Shown: positions 1 through 15,034 of the stretch, piece by piece | How the letters are laid out: every line of letters begins with the position of its first letter | Numbering within the stretch: the first letter of the stretch is position 1 | Assembly: GCA_951406725.2 (NCBI GenBank) | Contig: OX597816.1 | Coordinates: 72,478,001 to 72,542,000 of the forward strand | Direction: 5' to 3' | Length of the DNA: 64,000 bases | From: Octopus vulgaris | Lineage: Eukaryota | Translations under genes and position numbers: made by a program | Notes under the pieces: generated by a model | Seen by the model: only the letters and a program-made list of their open reading frames with translations | Database searches by the model: none | What the model was told of the DNA's origin: nothing

Positions 1-2
1 TA

Positions 3-64
<62 letters not shown>

Positions 65-123
65 GATGCTTGTGTGTTGTTTTTCTGTTGTTTAGTTCTA
101 TAAATAATGTGTATATGTGTTTG

Positions 124-179
<56 letters not shown>

Positions 180-234
180 ACTATTCACCAATACATACAT
201 ACGTACGTACGTACGTATGCATGTCAGTATGTCT

Positions 235-545
235 TGGGTTAGGCAAAAAGCCGTTGGTTTTTGCCGACAATAATTTTCAAGTACTCTAATAAATATCTAG
301 CGCCAGTCTCTCCCTTGTGCATGTGCACTCGTTATTTACTTAACACTTCAATGTAGTTCAACGATTGCGACGAGACAGGTTACATTTTGTGTGCCTCGTA
401 TCACACTGAAAATGGAAAATTCAAAACGAACATTATCTCCATCTCAAACTTTTTTTTATTTAAAACACGCAAGAATGCAGCAGAAAATATTCACTCTGTA
501 TTGAGAAGATGCTGAAACTATACTGGCAATGCGTTTTCCAGCAGC
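235..545 (+). mobile_element. Decayed mariner 5' end (TIR + transposase N-terminus)
   Basis: ttgggttaggcaaaaag..ggtttttgcc is TIR-like. From 413, MENSK..HY.HL..F..RKNAA..IHSV..EDA resembles the mariner N-terminal HTH, frameshifted. Confidence 0.55.
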
Positions 546-584
546 TCGTTTAAATTCTGCATGAATATACATACATACAAACAC

Positions 585-1546
585 CCGGTTCTTGACTGAA
601 GACTGAGGGTTTCGAATGTCCTGTCCGTGTTTATTGTATCGTCTTCTAAGAGTTATACGTTCTTGTCCATGTTGTATTTTTCTACATACCTTAACATATA
701 TTCCAGGCGCCCCGTACCCCCTTAACATTAATGTGAGCACATATTCTTAATAATTGGTACGACTCTCTGTTTGTCTCTCTCTCTCTCTCATTTTTACTTG
801 ATCTGTCCCCCTCTCTCTCTTTTCTCTCCACTCATCCTCTTTTTCTCTTCTCTTTCCTCTGATTCTTTGGTCTAGTCTTCCACTACCCTCCTATTTCTTT
901 GTCTCGCTCTGCACTCACAGGTCATTCTTCGACACCCATCCCTTCTCCTCTCTGATTCCTTCTTTCTCTCTCTTCTCTCTCTTTGTTGCGTTTGTCCCTC
1001 CTCTCTCTCTCTCCTCTCTCTCTCTCTTCCTTTGCTTCTCTTTCTTTTCTTTTCCTCTTCTCTGTCACGTGACTGTTGGCCGAAATCTGCCTTTCAGCTC
1101 CTGACCCTCGTCCTGTTAACATCGCTGTTTTCGTCCGCCGCTATAAAGGCTTTTTCCATTGCGCCAGAGAAAAAAATTTGTTTGCTTGTTATCAGTCGTA
1201 AGACACTGTTGTTTTCACCGTTAATGCTTCTGTATTTCATGTTTCTGTATTCCATTATTGTTTTTTGTTTTTTTATATCTGTCCCTTTTGCTGTCCTGGT
1301 GTTCGTATGCATTCGATCCTTCTTCCAGGAAATCTACGCTTCCAGCTTAGTTTTTCTAATGCTCGTTGCTTAGTTTTTCTTGGAGGGCTGGCCGTGATCT
1401 AGTAATCTCAAGATTAATCAGCCGAAATTACTACGATGATCCGGTTCTTGACTGAAGACTGAGGGTTTCGAATGTCTTGTCCGTGTTTATTGTATCGTCT
1501 TCTAAGAGTTATACGTTCTTGTCCATGTTGTATTTTTCTACATACC

Positions 1547-1550
<4 letters not shown>
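585..1550 (+). mobile_element. Non-coding element with 110-bp direct terminal repeats (pLTR-like), ending at (TA)n
   Basis: 585-694 and 1441-1550 are identical except for one base. The interior is CT-rich. Diverged relatives occur at ~4780-5140(+), ~41543-41990(-) and ~47990-48200(-). Confidence 0.7.
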
Positions 1551-1636
<86 letters not shown>

Positions 1637-1638
1637 TG

Positions 1639-1681
<43 letters not shown>

Positions 1682-1972
1682 GTCTGTCTGTCTGTCAGCA
1701 TGTCTTGAGCAAGAGACTTTACTTTCACGTTGCTCCAGTTAACTCAGCTGTAGAAATGAGTTGCGACGTCACGGGTGCCAGGCTGTATCGGCTCCTTTGC
1801 CTTTCCCTTGGATAACATCGGTGCCGTGAAGTGGGGAGGCTAGTATGCATGGGCGACTGCTGGTCTTCCACTAACAACCTAACTCGGACTCGTGTCTCGG
1901 AGAGCGCAATCTAGGGGCAATCCCATGGCCATTCATGACCGAAGGGGGTCTTTACCCTTTTACATACATACA

Positions 1973-2034
<62 letters not shown>

Positions 2035-2652
2035 TGTGCGTGTGTGTGTATGCGTGTGTGTGTATGCGTGTATATAACGGGCCTTGTCACTGTTGCATCC
2101 ACCAAGTTTCTTTCACGAAACGCTGTAATACGAGACATTTGAGCTAAATTTAATACTCGTGCAGTGGGATCGAACCAGGATGCAAGTGATCGATTAAACT
2201 GCGCCGTTCACAACACCACAATTCCTAAGCGACCCATTTATATAGCTTTAATGGCGGCAAGTATCTCAATTTAATTTACTGCGGTTATTTATTTTGCAGG
2301 TTCAATATTAGGTGTTATGCTATTTCAACAATAAGACTGCCAGGTCTTATAATTTTATTGTATTCGTAATTTTTGCCATTAACGAAAATGATAAATGGAT
2401 TTTATAAGAATAAATTACTGATTTCTAATATATTCCCTGGCAGCATACCTTGGCCTGCGGGGCTTTAAGGGAAATTGAATCATTGCCTGAAGATATGTCA
2501 AAGTCATAGAATGTCTCTGGAAATGGTAATCATGAGTTCGATCCGGTCTTGCGAAACTTGAAATGGAGGTTTTAGTGGATAATGTGTATGAAAGGCAAAG
2601 AGGGAGGGAGCGAGAGAAAGGACATACACACACACACACACGCACGGACGCT

Positions 2653-2684
<32 letters not shown>

Positions 2685-2735
2685 GAGAATGCGAGTGAAA
2701 AGGGGAGTATGCGAGTGTGTGCGTGTGCAACTAAG

Positions 2736-2766
<31 letters not shown>

Positions 2767-2832
2767 CAAATAGACAGAGAGATAGTTGATAGATAGACAG
2801 ATAGATAGATAGATAGAGAGAGAGATAGATAG

Positions 2833-2865
<33 letters not shown>

Positions 2866-3040
2866 ACGGGGGAGAGAGAGAGACAAGGACAAAGAAGAGG
2901 AAAGAGAAGTATGAGTGTATGCAACAGAAAGAGAGAGAGAGAGAGAGCGAGAGAGCGAGAGAGAGAGAGAGAGAGAAAGGGGGAAGCAGGTAGACAGACA
3001 GAGAATATACCTGTATGTGATAGGGAAATAAAAATAAATT

Positions 3041-3132
<92 letters not shown>

Positions 3133-4414
3133 TGTGTTGTGGGACGTAATTATGTCTAGAGGGATATGCGTGAAAGTATGTGGAGTGTGTGGCACAATGA
3201 GAGAGACAGTGTGTAAAATTGAGTGAGATTATAAACTTGTGGAAGACATTTTGAAAGAGATTGCGACCCGAGTGTGTGTTTCTCTCATAGATTGAGTTTG
3301 AAAGAGAGAAAGAGAGAGAAAGAAAGAGAGAGAGAGAGAGAGCAAGAGAGAGAGAAAGGGAGAGAAAGAGTGTGTGTATTTGAAAAATATCTGAGAAGTC
3401 GAGACAAAGAGAAAGAAAGAGGGAGAGAGAGAGAGAGAGAGGACGAATGGGGGGAAGGAGCAAATGAGAGCCAGAAGATGAGAGATCATTATAAGCCTGG
3501 TCCTATGTTTATGAGAGCTGAGTAGGCTTATTATATAGAAATCTCACGTAAATAAATGTGAAACCATGCATGAATTTTATCTAGATGAGCGATGTTCGTT
3601 TTCACCGACGAAAGAAGGAAACATTTTTCTCTATATCTGAACATAGTATTCATAAGTATTCAGCAGATACAGTGTTTGTAATAGAAATAGCAACGTACTA
3701 TGATAATCCAACTTAAGGCGGCAATCGGGTAGAATCGTTATCCCGCCGTGAAAAATGCATAGTGGCATTTCCTCCATCTTAACGCTCTGAACTCAAATTT
3801 CGCTAAGATCGACTTAGCGCTTCATCTTTTTCAGGATCGATGAAATAAGTACCAGTTGAGCGCTGGGGTCGATGTAATCGACTTGTCCCCTTCCCCGAAA
3901 TTGCTGGCCTTTTACCAATTGAAACCAATATGATAATCTACCTTGCTTGTAATTTACTAATATATCTTAGTTACGTGTATAGCAACGAGAAGGTCTAAAC
4001 ATTACATCAGCGAAGCTGCATACTGGGCCACTAGATGGCATTGAATAAAGAGGACAGCCCGGTAGTTCGCTGCTCCTGGGATGCAGGCTGGGATTTGATT
4101 AACCCCAGCCAGGTCAACTAGACGAGGCGGTGTCTAGTTTCGTTCAAAGACACGAAATCTCCGAAGAAAAGAGAAACATCACTGATGATTCACCCCAGAG
4201 CTTCTCTGAGATTTATTTTGAAATCAATGGTAACAAAACTAACAAGGAAATGTTTTAAAGCAAAACGTGAAATTCCAACGGCCTACAATCTCAAAAAAAA
4301 CAAAGCAGTTTTTGATCCTTAAGCTGCGATTTGAGTGAAATTTGGTTGATATGTCTAGCAGGCTGAGAGACCCATCTAAATGCGTCCTCGTCAACTCGTA
4401 GATTGTCTGTAGAG

Positions 4415-5167
4415 CAATGTTTCTTAACTATTTTTTGCATATGGGGACCCATTTCATTCGTATTTTACTCGGGTGGACCCAAATAGCCATTCTATATTTC
4501 ATAAAATCCTATTATATTTTTATAATCAAATATTTTTAGGAATACTTTTATTTTTTTATCTGTTTCAGTCATTTAGCTGCGGCCATGCTGGAGCACCGCC
4601 TATTAGTCAAGCAAACCGACCCAAAGACTTATTCTTTGTAAGACTAGTACTAATTCTATCGGTCTCTTTTGCCGATCCAATAAGTTACGGGGACGTAAAC
4701 ACACCAGCATCGGTTGTCAAGCGATGGTGGAGGTGACAAGCACAGACACACTCCACACATCTACTCAGTTTGATTCGTCTCTAACAGTCGAAAAACACCT
4801 GTTGTTATTTTCTTGTTTGTATTTCTAATTGAGTAACATTTTCTCCCTTTTTCTCGTTTTTTCTTGTTCTTGTTTTTTTTTTGTCCTTGTTGCGGTACAC
4901 ATTCACTTGCTTTCTCCCAAAATATTTAATGCCTTTAGCTTAGAATTTTGGAGCCAGCCAGATTTGAACAGTCTCAAGTGTAACCGGCCGAAACTGTAAG
5001 GATAATCTGGTAACTTGTCTGGGGAGAAAAGGCCACCAATGGCTCGTCCCTGTTTTGTCCTGTCCGTCTTCGTATCGTCCACCTGTCCGGAGGATGTTTT
5101 ATTTTCGTCTGTTGCGTTCTTGTTCCATTTTGGGATTTATATATATACATATACATACATACATACA

Positions 5168-5203
<36 letters not shown>

Positions 5204-5233
5204 TATATATGTATATATATATGTGTGTATGTA

Positions 5234-5319
<86 letters not shown>

Positions 5320-5604
5320 CGACGGGATTTTTTCAGTTTTTGTGTACCAAATCCACTCATAAGGCTTTAGTTGACCCGAGGCTATAGTAGAAGACACTCG
5401 CCCAAGGTGCCATGCAGTGGGACTAAACCCGAAATCACGTGGTTGCGAAACAAGCTTCTTACCACACAGCCACTCTTGCGCCTTTAAGCCACGCCTGCGC
5501 CTATAGCCACGCCCAAGTGTAACCAATTTAGTGCAGAGAGATTTTAACAACAAAATCCTTTATAGACTTCCTTGGGTCATATTGAACCCGGTTGTGGACC
5601 CCTG
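4415..5604. mobile_element. hAT-like MITE with nested SINE and further nested insertion
   Basis: 8-bp TSD ctgtagag (4407-4414) / ctgtagaa (5605-5612). Ends caatgtttcttaac / gttgtggacccctg. Homologous to 18660-19341 and 23508-24135. Confidence 0.62.
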
Positions 5605-6990
5605 CTGTAGAATAAAGGAACAATAAAATATTGGAAGGATCAGCTTAGTCACATTCTCGGATTAGTCAGTCAAGATATTTGTTATCTGTAGACCAGAGAT
5701 AGTTTAACAGGATCTAAGGGACAACTACTCCCCGAAGGGTTCCCCAGTTTCCATCTGCCGAATTTTCGGTAAAGGGTAAGTCTCCTGCCCCCTCGGCTAT
5801 GCATAACCATGGGATTGCACCTTCAAAGTTCCCCTCCAATGTACAAGTCCGGAGAAGGTTGTTTATGAAGACCAGCAGTCGTCCATGGACACCACCCTTC
5901 CCTCTCTACACCACCGATGTTATCCAAGGGAACGGCAAAGTCCAATACAGCTTGGTACCAGTGACATTGCAACTCTTTCTACAGCAGTGACATGGAGCAA
6001 TGTGAAAAAAAAAATGTCTTGTTCAAGAGAACAACACAGTCCGGTCCGGTCATCGAACTCACTACCTCATGGTTGGGAGCCCGACGTTCTTACCAGTGAC
6101 CAATGCGCCTTTTCAGTTGGGCGATGCTTATCCATGATACTGTACTGAAGGAATGATCCGAGAATCAGTTGATTGTGAAGTACACGTCTTCATTACACGG
6201 CAATTCTACGTAGAAATACCGAGCATGATAAATAATTCTCATTGCTTCTAGACTTGAGTATAAGACAGCGCTGGGAGGTATATTTAATATCCAATTACAT
6301 TTCATAAAGATCTAGCCATTTGATAAAGGTCCTCCACCACAACCACCACAACCCCCCCACCACCACCACAGCTACCATCATAACCATCACCATATCCATT
6401 GTCACTACGAAAACAGCAACTGTGGACTAAGCAAGCGCACATGGTAAACACCAAAAAACTGAGGCACCGGATTAGTTGATGGCTGAAATATAATGGGGAA
6501 GTAGAGTTGCATTAAAAAAATGCTGCACATACGATTAAAAAAAACAAAAAAAACAAATGAAATAGAAAAAGGAGCATATTAAGATCATTCTTGGATTTAA
6601 ATGGATCTATAGTTGGATAAAGTGTTAAAATAAGTCCTGATCTAACGTGTGTAGAGTGTGAACGGCCATCTTGATGAACAATAAGTAGCACGCATACGTT
6701 CGCAAACAAACGAACATTTGCGCGCACACGTTCATAATATTCGCTTATAGATACATACAAACATACATACATACATACATACATACATACATACATACAT
6801 ACATACATACGTAGATATATACATACGTAGATACATACATACGTAGATACATACATACGTAGATACATACATGCTTAAGTACGCACAGACACAGACATAT
6901 TTACGTATATATATATATATATAATTTAATACACACACACTCACACGCACACACACACACACACTCATATATAGAAATATACATGTATGA

Positions 6991-7059
<69 letters not shown>

Positions 7060-7150
7060 ACTACCTATCTCTATCTATCTCAAATATAGCCTCGCACCGA
7101 CCAAAGCCTTGCGAGTGGATTTCGTAGATGGAAACTGAAAGAAGCTCTTC

Positions 7151-7226
<76 letters not shown>

Positions 7227-7408
7227 TTGTCTCCCCAGCATCGCTTGACAACCGATGTTGGTGTGTTTACGCCCCGGTTCGGCAAAAGGGACCGAGAGAA
7301 TAAGTACTAGGCTTACAAAGAATAAGTCCTGGGGTCAATTTATGCGACTAAAGGCGGTGGTCCGCATCAAAAGGATTGAAACAAACTAAAGAATAAAAGA
7401 ACGAAAGA

Positions 7409-7463
<55 letters not shown>

Positions 7464-7465
<2 letters not shown>

Positions 7466-8602
7466 GGTCTCACGCCATTTCCGCTCCACCGGTCACTCCT
7501 TGCAACACCTATCTGTGTTCGGTTTGTCCTTACACAGAGGCCATCCGGATTCCCGTTTGCGCCGTGAACAGGAATTAATCTTCTCTCTTCGCTCTTATAC
7601 GCCATTTGGTCTCAACTCTCCCCCTCCTCATCTAACCCCCTCTCCCCCCTCCTCACCTATCCTTTCTCCCCCGACTCCTACTTCTTCAGTCCTTCATCCT
7701 TTCACCCCTACTCCCCTTCCCTTCTTCCCTCTTTCTCCCTCCCTCTTCCCCTTCCCTCTGCTCCCTCACTCCCTCTCTCCCCTTCTCTCTCCCCCTCTCC
7801 CTCTTTCCTCCTTCATCCCCCTCCTCCCCTTCCTTCTCCCCCATCCTATCCTCTTCCCCCTTCTCCTCCCCCTCTTCTTCCCCTCCCCTTCTCTCCCCCT
7901 CTTCTCCCCTCCCCTCTTCTCCTCACTACACCACATGACTTTACACATCACATCACATATGATGTGCCATACTAATACACACACCAACTAATACATACTA
8001 ATACGTACTAATACATACTAGTACATACTAATACTTACACCAACCCTATACATACACACGTCCAGACCCCGCATACGCACTTATACTCTCTCACACACAC
8101 ACACACCTATACATACCAATACGTACTAATACATACTAATACATACTAATACATACACCAACCCCATACATACGCACGTCCAGACCAATCATACGCACTA
8201 ATACTCTCTCATACACACACACACACACACCCTTATACATACTAATACATACACCAACCCTATACATACACACATCCAGACCCCTCCCACGCACTATTAG
8301 CTGGTCCCTCAACCCTTTTATCAACCCTATTATCTCCCCTTATTTCGCTCTCGCGTCTCATTTTTGATCTTTGACCTCTGGCCGAAATCAGATCGCCATG
8401 TTGATTCGTTAGCTACTGCACGCATTTTTTTTCTCTCCTTCTTTCTGTGTTTTTCTCTCTCTGTGTATCTTTCTGTTGAAGAGCGTAGGCTCGAAACGTT
8501 AAAGACTTGTTTTATTTATATTTCCTGAGCGCCATACTAATACAATTGTTCGTTTGTTTTCCACCTGCCTTCGTCTTTTGTTTATGTTCATAAAGCTTCC
8601 CG

Positions 8603-8604
<2 letters not shown>
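7464..8604 (+). mobile_element. 5'-truncated Penelope-like element (second family): GIY-YIG C-terminus + CT-rich/minisatellite 3' UTR + hammerhead, within (TA)n
   Basis: 7464-7620 translates PVSRHFRSTGHSLQHLSVFGL...SRLRREQELIFSLRSYTPFGLN, the typical PLE endonuclease ending (HF...H...R.REQ.LIF.L...P.GLN). (TA)n on both sides; HHR at 8468. Confidence 0.8.
8468..8505 (+). ncRNA. Minimal hammerhead-like motif (CUGUUGA core variant)
   Basis: tcttt-CTGTTGA-a-gagc(gtag)gctc-GAAA-cg-TT-aaaga. Stems I and II are perfect; AACGTT palindrome. Confidence 0.65.
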
Positions 8605-8643
<39 letters not shown>

Positions 8644-9557
8644 TATAATTATAATTAAGGGTATCTAAGCGATACCACCACGCTTGAAATAGCAGCCAAA
8701 ACTTGACTCTAAAACCACATCAAATGTTTATACAGCAACAGGAGAGAAGACAAAGAGACAAAATAACCGAACAAAAAAATGAATTAAAGTTAAGATTGGT
8801 TTCCTGTGAAGAAAAGTAGGAAAATATCCAAGTATCTTAACATTAGCTATTTTCCAGAATGGAGGCGAACACATTTCTACATGTGAATGGCTTGAAAAAT
8901 TGTTAAGGCTCGAGGAAATTTTCCTGCTTTTCTTAACATGAAACCAATGGTAGCCTTAGTTCACATATAAATAAATTATATCCACCAATTTCGGTGTTCA
9001 ACGCGCATTTTCATAGTTCGGCATTTACGTATATGTGTGTGTGTGTGGGGGGGGGGAGGGACGTGCTGACAAGCATGTACATGCGCATATATTTCTGGAT
9101 ACTTATTTAGTCATATTTACAGATAGAAATGTGTGCGCGTGCGTGCGTGCGTGCGTGTGTATGTGCATATGTGTATGTGTGAGTGCATTATCTTATACAT
9201 AAGGAGAATAGATAGATAAATGGATAGATATAGATATATTCAAATGTATAAAAAAAACCATGGCGACATAAAAAGGTATAAACAAACATAAAGATATAGA
9301 TAATATATAAAAAATACATTTAAATACATAAGTAGGCAAACATATGGACACACATTTACACACACATAAACACATACACAAACATATACACTATTTATGC
9401 ATAAGCTGTTATTACGAATGACGTACACCTGTCACTCTTACTATGTACACCTGTGTGAATGTGAATTTGTTCTCATAAAGAGAGAGATCAATAAACACTT
9501 CTTTTTTTCATATAAGTGTGTTGTGTATGTGTGAATACATACATTCATACATGCATG

Positions 9558-9589
<32 letters not shown>

Positions 9590-9728
9590 CACACATACAT
9601 ACATACATACATACATACATACATACATACATGCATGCATGCATACATATATGTGAGATATACACACGCACATATAGACAGACAGATAGATAGATAGATT
9701 GATAAGTAGACATATATATATATACATG

Positions 9729-9873
9729 TGCTTACCAACCACATGGTTCCGGGTTCAGTCCCACTGCGTAGTACCTTGGGTAAGTGTCCTCTACTATAGC
9801 CTCGGGCCGACCAAAGCCTTGTGGGTGGATTTGGTAGACGGAAACTGAAAGAAGCCCGTCGTATATGTATATG

Positions 9874-9914
<41 letters not shown>

Positions 9915-10065
9915 GTGTGTGTGTGTGTTTGTGTGTGTGTTTGTTCCTCAACATCGCTTGACAACCGATGTTGGTGTGTTTACGTCCCCGTAACTTAGCG
10001 TTTCGGCAAAAGAGACCGATAGAATAAGTACTAGGCTTAAAAAGAATAAGCCTGGGGTCGATTTG
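9729..10065 (+). mobile_element. SINE family A copy (ends truncated)
   Basis: gcttaccaaccacatggttccgggttcagtcccactgcg...gaataagcctggggtcgattt. Confidence 0.88.
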
Positions 10066-10239
10066 ACGTATATCCCACAGTTGGGTCTCCCGCATCTTTT
10101 TATTGACGGCTTCTGTCAGTAAAAAAATACGGAAGACAAAACTGTGGGATATGATTCAATTTAATTGAGAGATCAGAGTTCTCCTTCAAACAGGGACAAC
10201 GTTTCACAGTGAAAAGCAAATATATGTATGTATATATAT

Positions 10240-10624
10240 GAAACTGTGAATGTATGTATGAATGAATGTGAGTATGAATGTATGTAGGTTTCGGTTTCCA
10301 TGTCTGTCTGTATGTATGTATTATGTATGTATGCATGTATGTATGTATGTATGTATGTATGTATGTATGTATGTATGTATGTATGTATGTATGTATGCAT
10401 TCATGTATGTATGTATGTATGCATGTATGTATGCATGAATGCATATATGTATGTATGTATTATGTATGTATGCATGTATGTATGTATGTATGTATGCATG
10501 TATGTATGTATGTATGTATGTATGAATGGATGGATGTATGCATGCATGTATGTATGTATGTATGTATGTATGTATGTATGTATGTATGTGCGTGTATGTA
10601 TGTATGTATGTATGTATGTATGTA

Positions 10625-10655
<31 letters not shown>

Positions 10656-11000
10656 ATGCATGTATGAATGGATGTATGTATGTATGAATGTATGTATGTA
10701 TGTGTGTGCGTATGTATGTATGTATGTATGTATGTAGGTAGGTATGTATGTATGCATTCATGTATGTATGTATGTATTATGTATTATGTATGCATGTATG
10801 TATGTATGTATGTTTGTATGTATGTATGAATGGATGTATGTATGCATGCATGTATGTATGTATGCATGCAGGCATGTATGTATGTATGTATGTATGTATG
10901 CTTGTATGTATGCATGCATGCATGTATGTATGTATGTATGTATGTATGTATGTATGTATGTATGTATGTATGTATGTATGTATGTATGTGTGTATGTACG
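10240..11000. repeat. Long (TATG)n compound microsatellite
   Basis: Direct reading. Confidence 0.97.
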
Positions 11001-11379
11001 TATCGCATGACTGTATCGTCTATATTATAGGAGACAATTTCGTGTGTCAGAAAAATAAAGTGCAGACATATTTCTACACTCAACTGTGGCAGGATATTAC
11101 AACAGGATAATGATTTACCATTAAATTCCACACTCTAATCACGAAGTTTGACCTCAGATGGCGCTGCCAGTCCGATTTATGGCGATTAGCTCACCGCCTC
11201 CTGGCTTTTCGAAACGAAATAGAATATAAACACGGAATCGAACTGGATTTGGTTCTATGGTCCTATGTACTTATGAAGAAATATGGTGTGGAGCGGCGGA
11301 GGAGAAAAGGAGAAATTGTAAGAAACGTATGAGTGAGATAGGGAAGCAAGAAATAAGCAGTAAAATAATTAAACGGGAA

Positions 11380-11419
<40 letters not shown>

Positions 11420-11432
11420 TGTGTTTGTGCGC

Positions 11433-11482
<50 letters not shown>

Positions 11483-11578
11483 CTGTGTATCGATATGTTG
11501 ATATGTGCATATGTAAGTATGCATCCATATATATAGTATATATACTGTATGTATTATATATACATACATACATACATA

Positions 11579-11618
<40 letters not shown>

Positions 11619-12047
11619 CATACATATATATACATACATATAAATATGTATATATCCCCACATTACACACGAATATATATATATATATATATATATATAT
11701 CTATCTTATATGTGCACCTAACATATATGCGTGTTTATATATAATGATATATATGTGAGTATAAATGAAATACATATATTCACGTGCTTATACATATATA
11801 TGTATAAATTCAAGCACATACTCACATACACACACACACAGATACACGCACATTTATCTGATATACTGATCATTTTTCTATATCTGTGTGTTGTATGTCT
11901 ACTAAGGTATTGTTTAATTCGTGACCCACCCATAATTTTAGTTATTCTGTCTCTCTCTCACTCTCACCATTGGCACTCTCTCCGCGGACGTTGCACTTAT
12001 ACATACACACATACATACATACATACATACATACATACATACATACA

Positions 12048-12118
<71 letters not shown>

Positions 12119-12282
12119 TGTCCCTATTGCACGTCCTTCTTGTTACCACCAACACCACCACGAAAGGTCCACCACCACCGTCTTCATCATGATTATCATT
12201 GTTACAGCCTATTCAAAGAAGACACCCATTGTATTAGGAGTATGAGGTTGGTTTTTGAAATAACAATAACAATAATAATAGC

Positions 12283-12344
<62 letters not shown>

Positions 12345-13928
12345 TGATGATGATGGTGCTGATGATGATGATGATGGTAATAAATAAATATTGAATCTAA
12401 TTGGACTGACCAGCCACGAGGGCGACCAACAATGGCCAGAGAGGATTTAATTCTCAATAGATGTGGGTCAACGAAAACAGACAGTATGGCGATAGTACTT
12501 TTGTAGGGCGATCATGAGACGACAATGCGTTAAAATTGTAAGCGCCGCCTACAACTATGTGGTCTTTACAATATAGATCAAGCTGTACCAAATCTTTTAG
12601 TTCTATCGTTAACTTGTTCTGCTTGTGTTAATTTATATATATTATCTTTTATCTTTTACTTGTTTCAGTCATTAGACTGCGGCCATGCTGGGGCACCGTC
12701 TTGAAGAATCTTTAGTCAAGTGGACTGAAGCCAGCAGTTAATTTTTTTCAAGCCGGGTACTTATTCAATCAGTGTCTTATCACGAACCGGAAAGTTACAG
12801 GTACGTAAACACACCAACACAACACCGATACATACACACACAGACACACGCACACTGGTTTCAAATTTTGGCACAAGGCCAGCAATTTTTGGAATCGAGT
12901 AAGTCGATGACAGCGACCCCATTGCTCAACTGGAACTTATTCTATCCCGAATGGATGAAAGGCGAAGTCGACCTCTTCGGCGGAATTTGAACTCGGAATG
13001 TACCTACGGACGAAATGCCCCTAAGCATTTTGTCCAGCGTGCTAACAATTCTGCCAGCTCACCACCATACAGACAGACAGACAGACAGACACACACACAC
13101 ACATATGCACGCACACATACATAGAAACACACACAAACACGAACGTAAACACACACAAACACAAAAACATACACTTACATATTAAAGAAACTTTTAGACA
13201 GGTGGCATTCAGAACTCCGCTCGAACGTGCCTCTTTCATAGGCGCGTTTGAGGGAGCGGAGACTGGCGACATCACATAGTCAGTTAGTAGTTTCTGCTGA
13301 TTTTTCTGTAATGATGCTCTACCTTCCAAAGTCATCTCATGAGTGCCTCTTATGTAGTAGTCAGTACTAATGATGTGAAGTAGCTAGAAATGCATTGATC
13401 GATCTACGGAGGACGTCCTGAAGTGACTATTGGTGTTTTAACACTGTTGCCAAACGTGAGAATTTTCTCCACGACAAACCGTTGTGAAAATGGCCTTTTA
13501 ACTGGTCAACAATGTCCAAACATTCAAACTGATCTAAACGTTTGCTTAATTCACAACCCCGCTATCACGATTCTACTATATGTCAATGTATCACTGTATC
13601 GATCAGACTATCAGATATTGTTATACACCGCTGGTCACAAGGCGCTTTCTCGCACAGTTGTAGCTTCCGAATGGTGCCAGTCTGCTGACTTGGTAAGTTA
13701 GGCAGGCCTACATCACGCCCTGAACTGGAGGCAAGTCCGTCGCTGTGTTGTCTATTTCACTGCTCAGTGGACCGGACTAACGTGAAATGAAGATTGTTGC
13801 TCAAGAACACAACGAACCGCTGGTCTGGGTATTGAAACCACGATCTAGTGATCATGGGCATAATACCCTAACCATAAGGCCACGCGCTTTTACACACAAA
13901 CACACACGCACACAAATAATGCACACAC

Positions 13929-13961
<33 letters not shown>

Positions 13962-14532
13962 TGTATGTATGTATGTATGTATGTATGTATGTATTGGAAG
14001 CTAATAACCTTGTGTTAGAACTCGGTATACATACGTTTCAAGATAAAACATTAGTTGAGTACAGAGCGTAATATGGAATGAAATAATTGACAAATGAATA
14101 GGAATTATATAAAAACCATCATATCAGCTCTGAGCTGATGAAGTTTTTTTACGTCATTATTGACCTCTTGTCATGTGTTTAATTCCATCATTGTCCTGCT
14201 CTTGTTACCACTTTCACCCTCCGCAAAAAATTCCAAATTTTATTTAATTTGCTTTGCGGGAAGGATTGTTTCAACGAAGTCGCATATTGTCCCTGCCCTC
14301 GTTACGCGGAGTAGATGAAACAGGGTGAACTGATGAAGGGGAATATTCTTTATGCTGCATGTCTCGTTCCTCTGTTTGTGTTTTTATGTTTTCGTTTCTC
14401 ACTGTGTTCAACGTTCTTTTGATGTCCTGTACCCATATATGCATGTGTGTGTATATATATATATATATGTAGGTATGTACATATGCATATATTTATATAT
14501 TATATATTATATACGTATGTCTGTATTATGTG

Positions 14533-14564
<32 letters not shown>

Positions 14565-14678
14565 TGTATGTATGTATGTATATAAGTAGTGGCGTTAAAA
14601 ATTACTTGTCAGTACGAGTACTGCTTTCATCTCCTATAGAGATTTCCTTGACTAGCCACTTTGCTTGTTTTATGCATA

Positions 14679-14898
14679 CAGTAATCCCTCGACTATCGTG
14701 GGTGTTATGTTCCAAAACACCCACCGCGATTGGGGAAAATCTGCGAAGTAGAAGCATCACTGTATATTTTTAAAAATTATTTTTATAATTTGTATATATT
14801 TATTTTATTATAAATGCAAAACAACATCGTGGAGAAAGCGACGTAAGCTTAAATAATAAACCGCGATGGGTGAACCGAGATATGGCGATAGATTACTG
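14679..14898. mobile_element. pogo/Tigger-like MITE
   Basis: ta|cagtaatccctcgactatcg ... gatatggcgatagattactg|tg imperfect TIRs. Second copy at 22393-22607. Confidence 0.7.
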
Positions 14899-14902
14899 TG
14901 TG

Positions 14903-14946
<44 letters not shown>

Positions 14947-14981
14947 TACATATAAAAGTAGATAAATGGTACAACAAGGCA

Positions 14982-15029
<48 letters not shown>

Positions 15030-15034
15030 TATCT

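Noticed and set aside
585-1550. True LTR retrotransposon/TRIM
   Set aside because: Repeats lack TG..CA termini, PBS, PPT and a 4-6 bp TSD.
3600-3655. CCGACGA...GAAC hammerhead-like words
   Set aside because: GAAA is absent and there is no stem I complementarity.
7970-8330. Repeat-spacer-like taatacatac array
   Set aside because: Minisatellite within the PLE 3' UTR, duplicated wholesale at 15250-15640.
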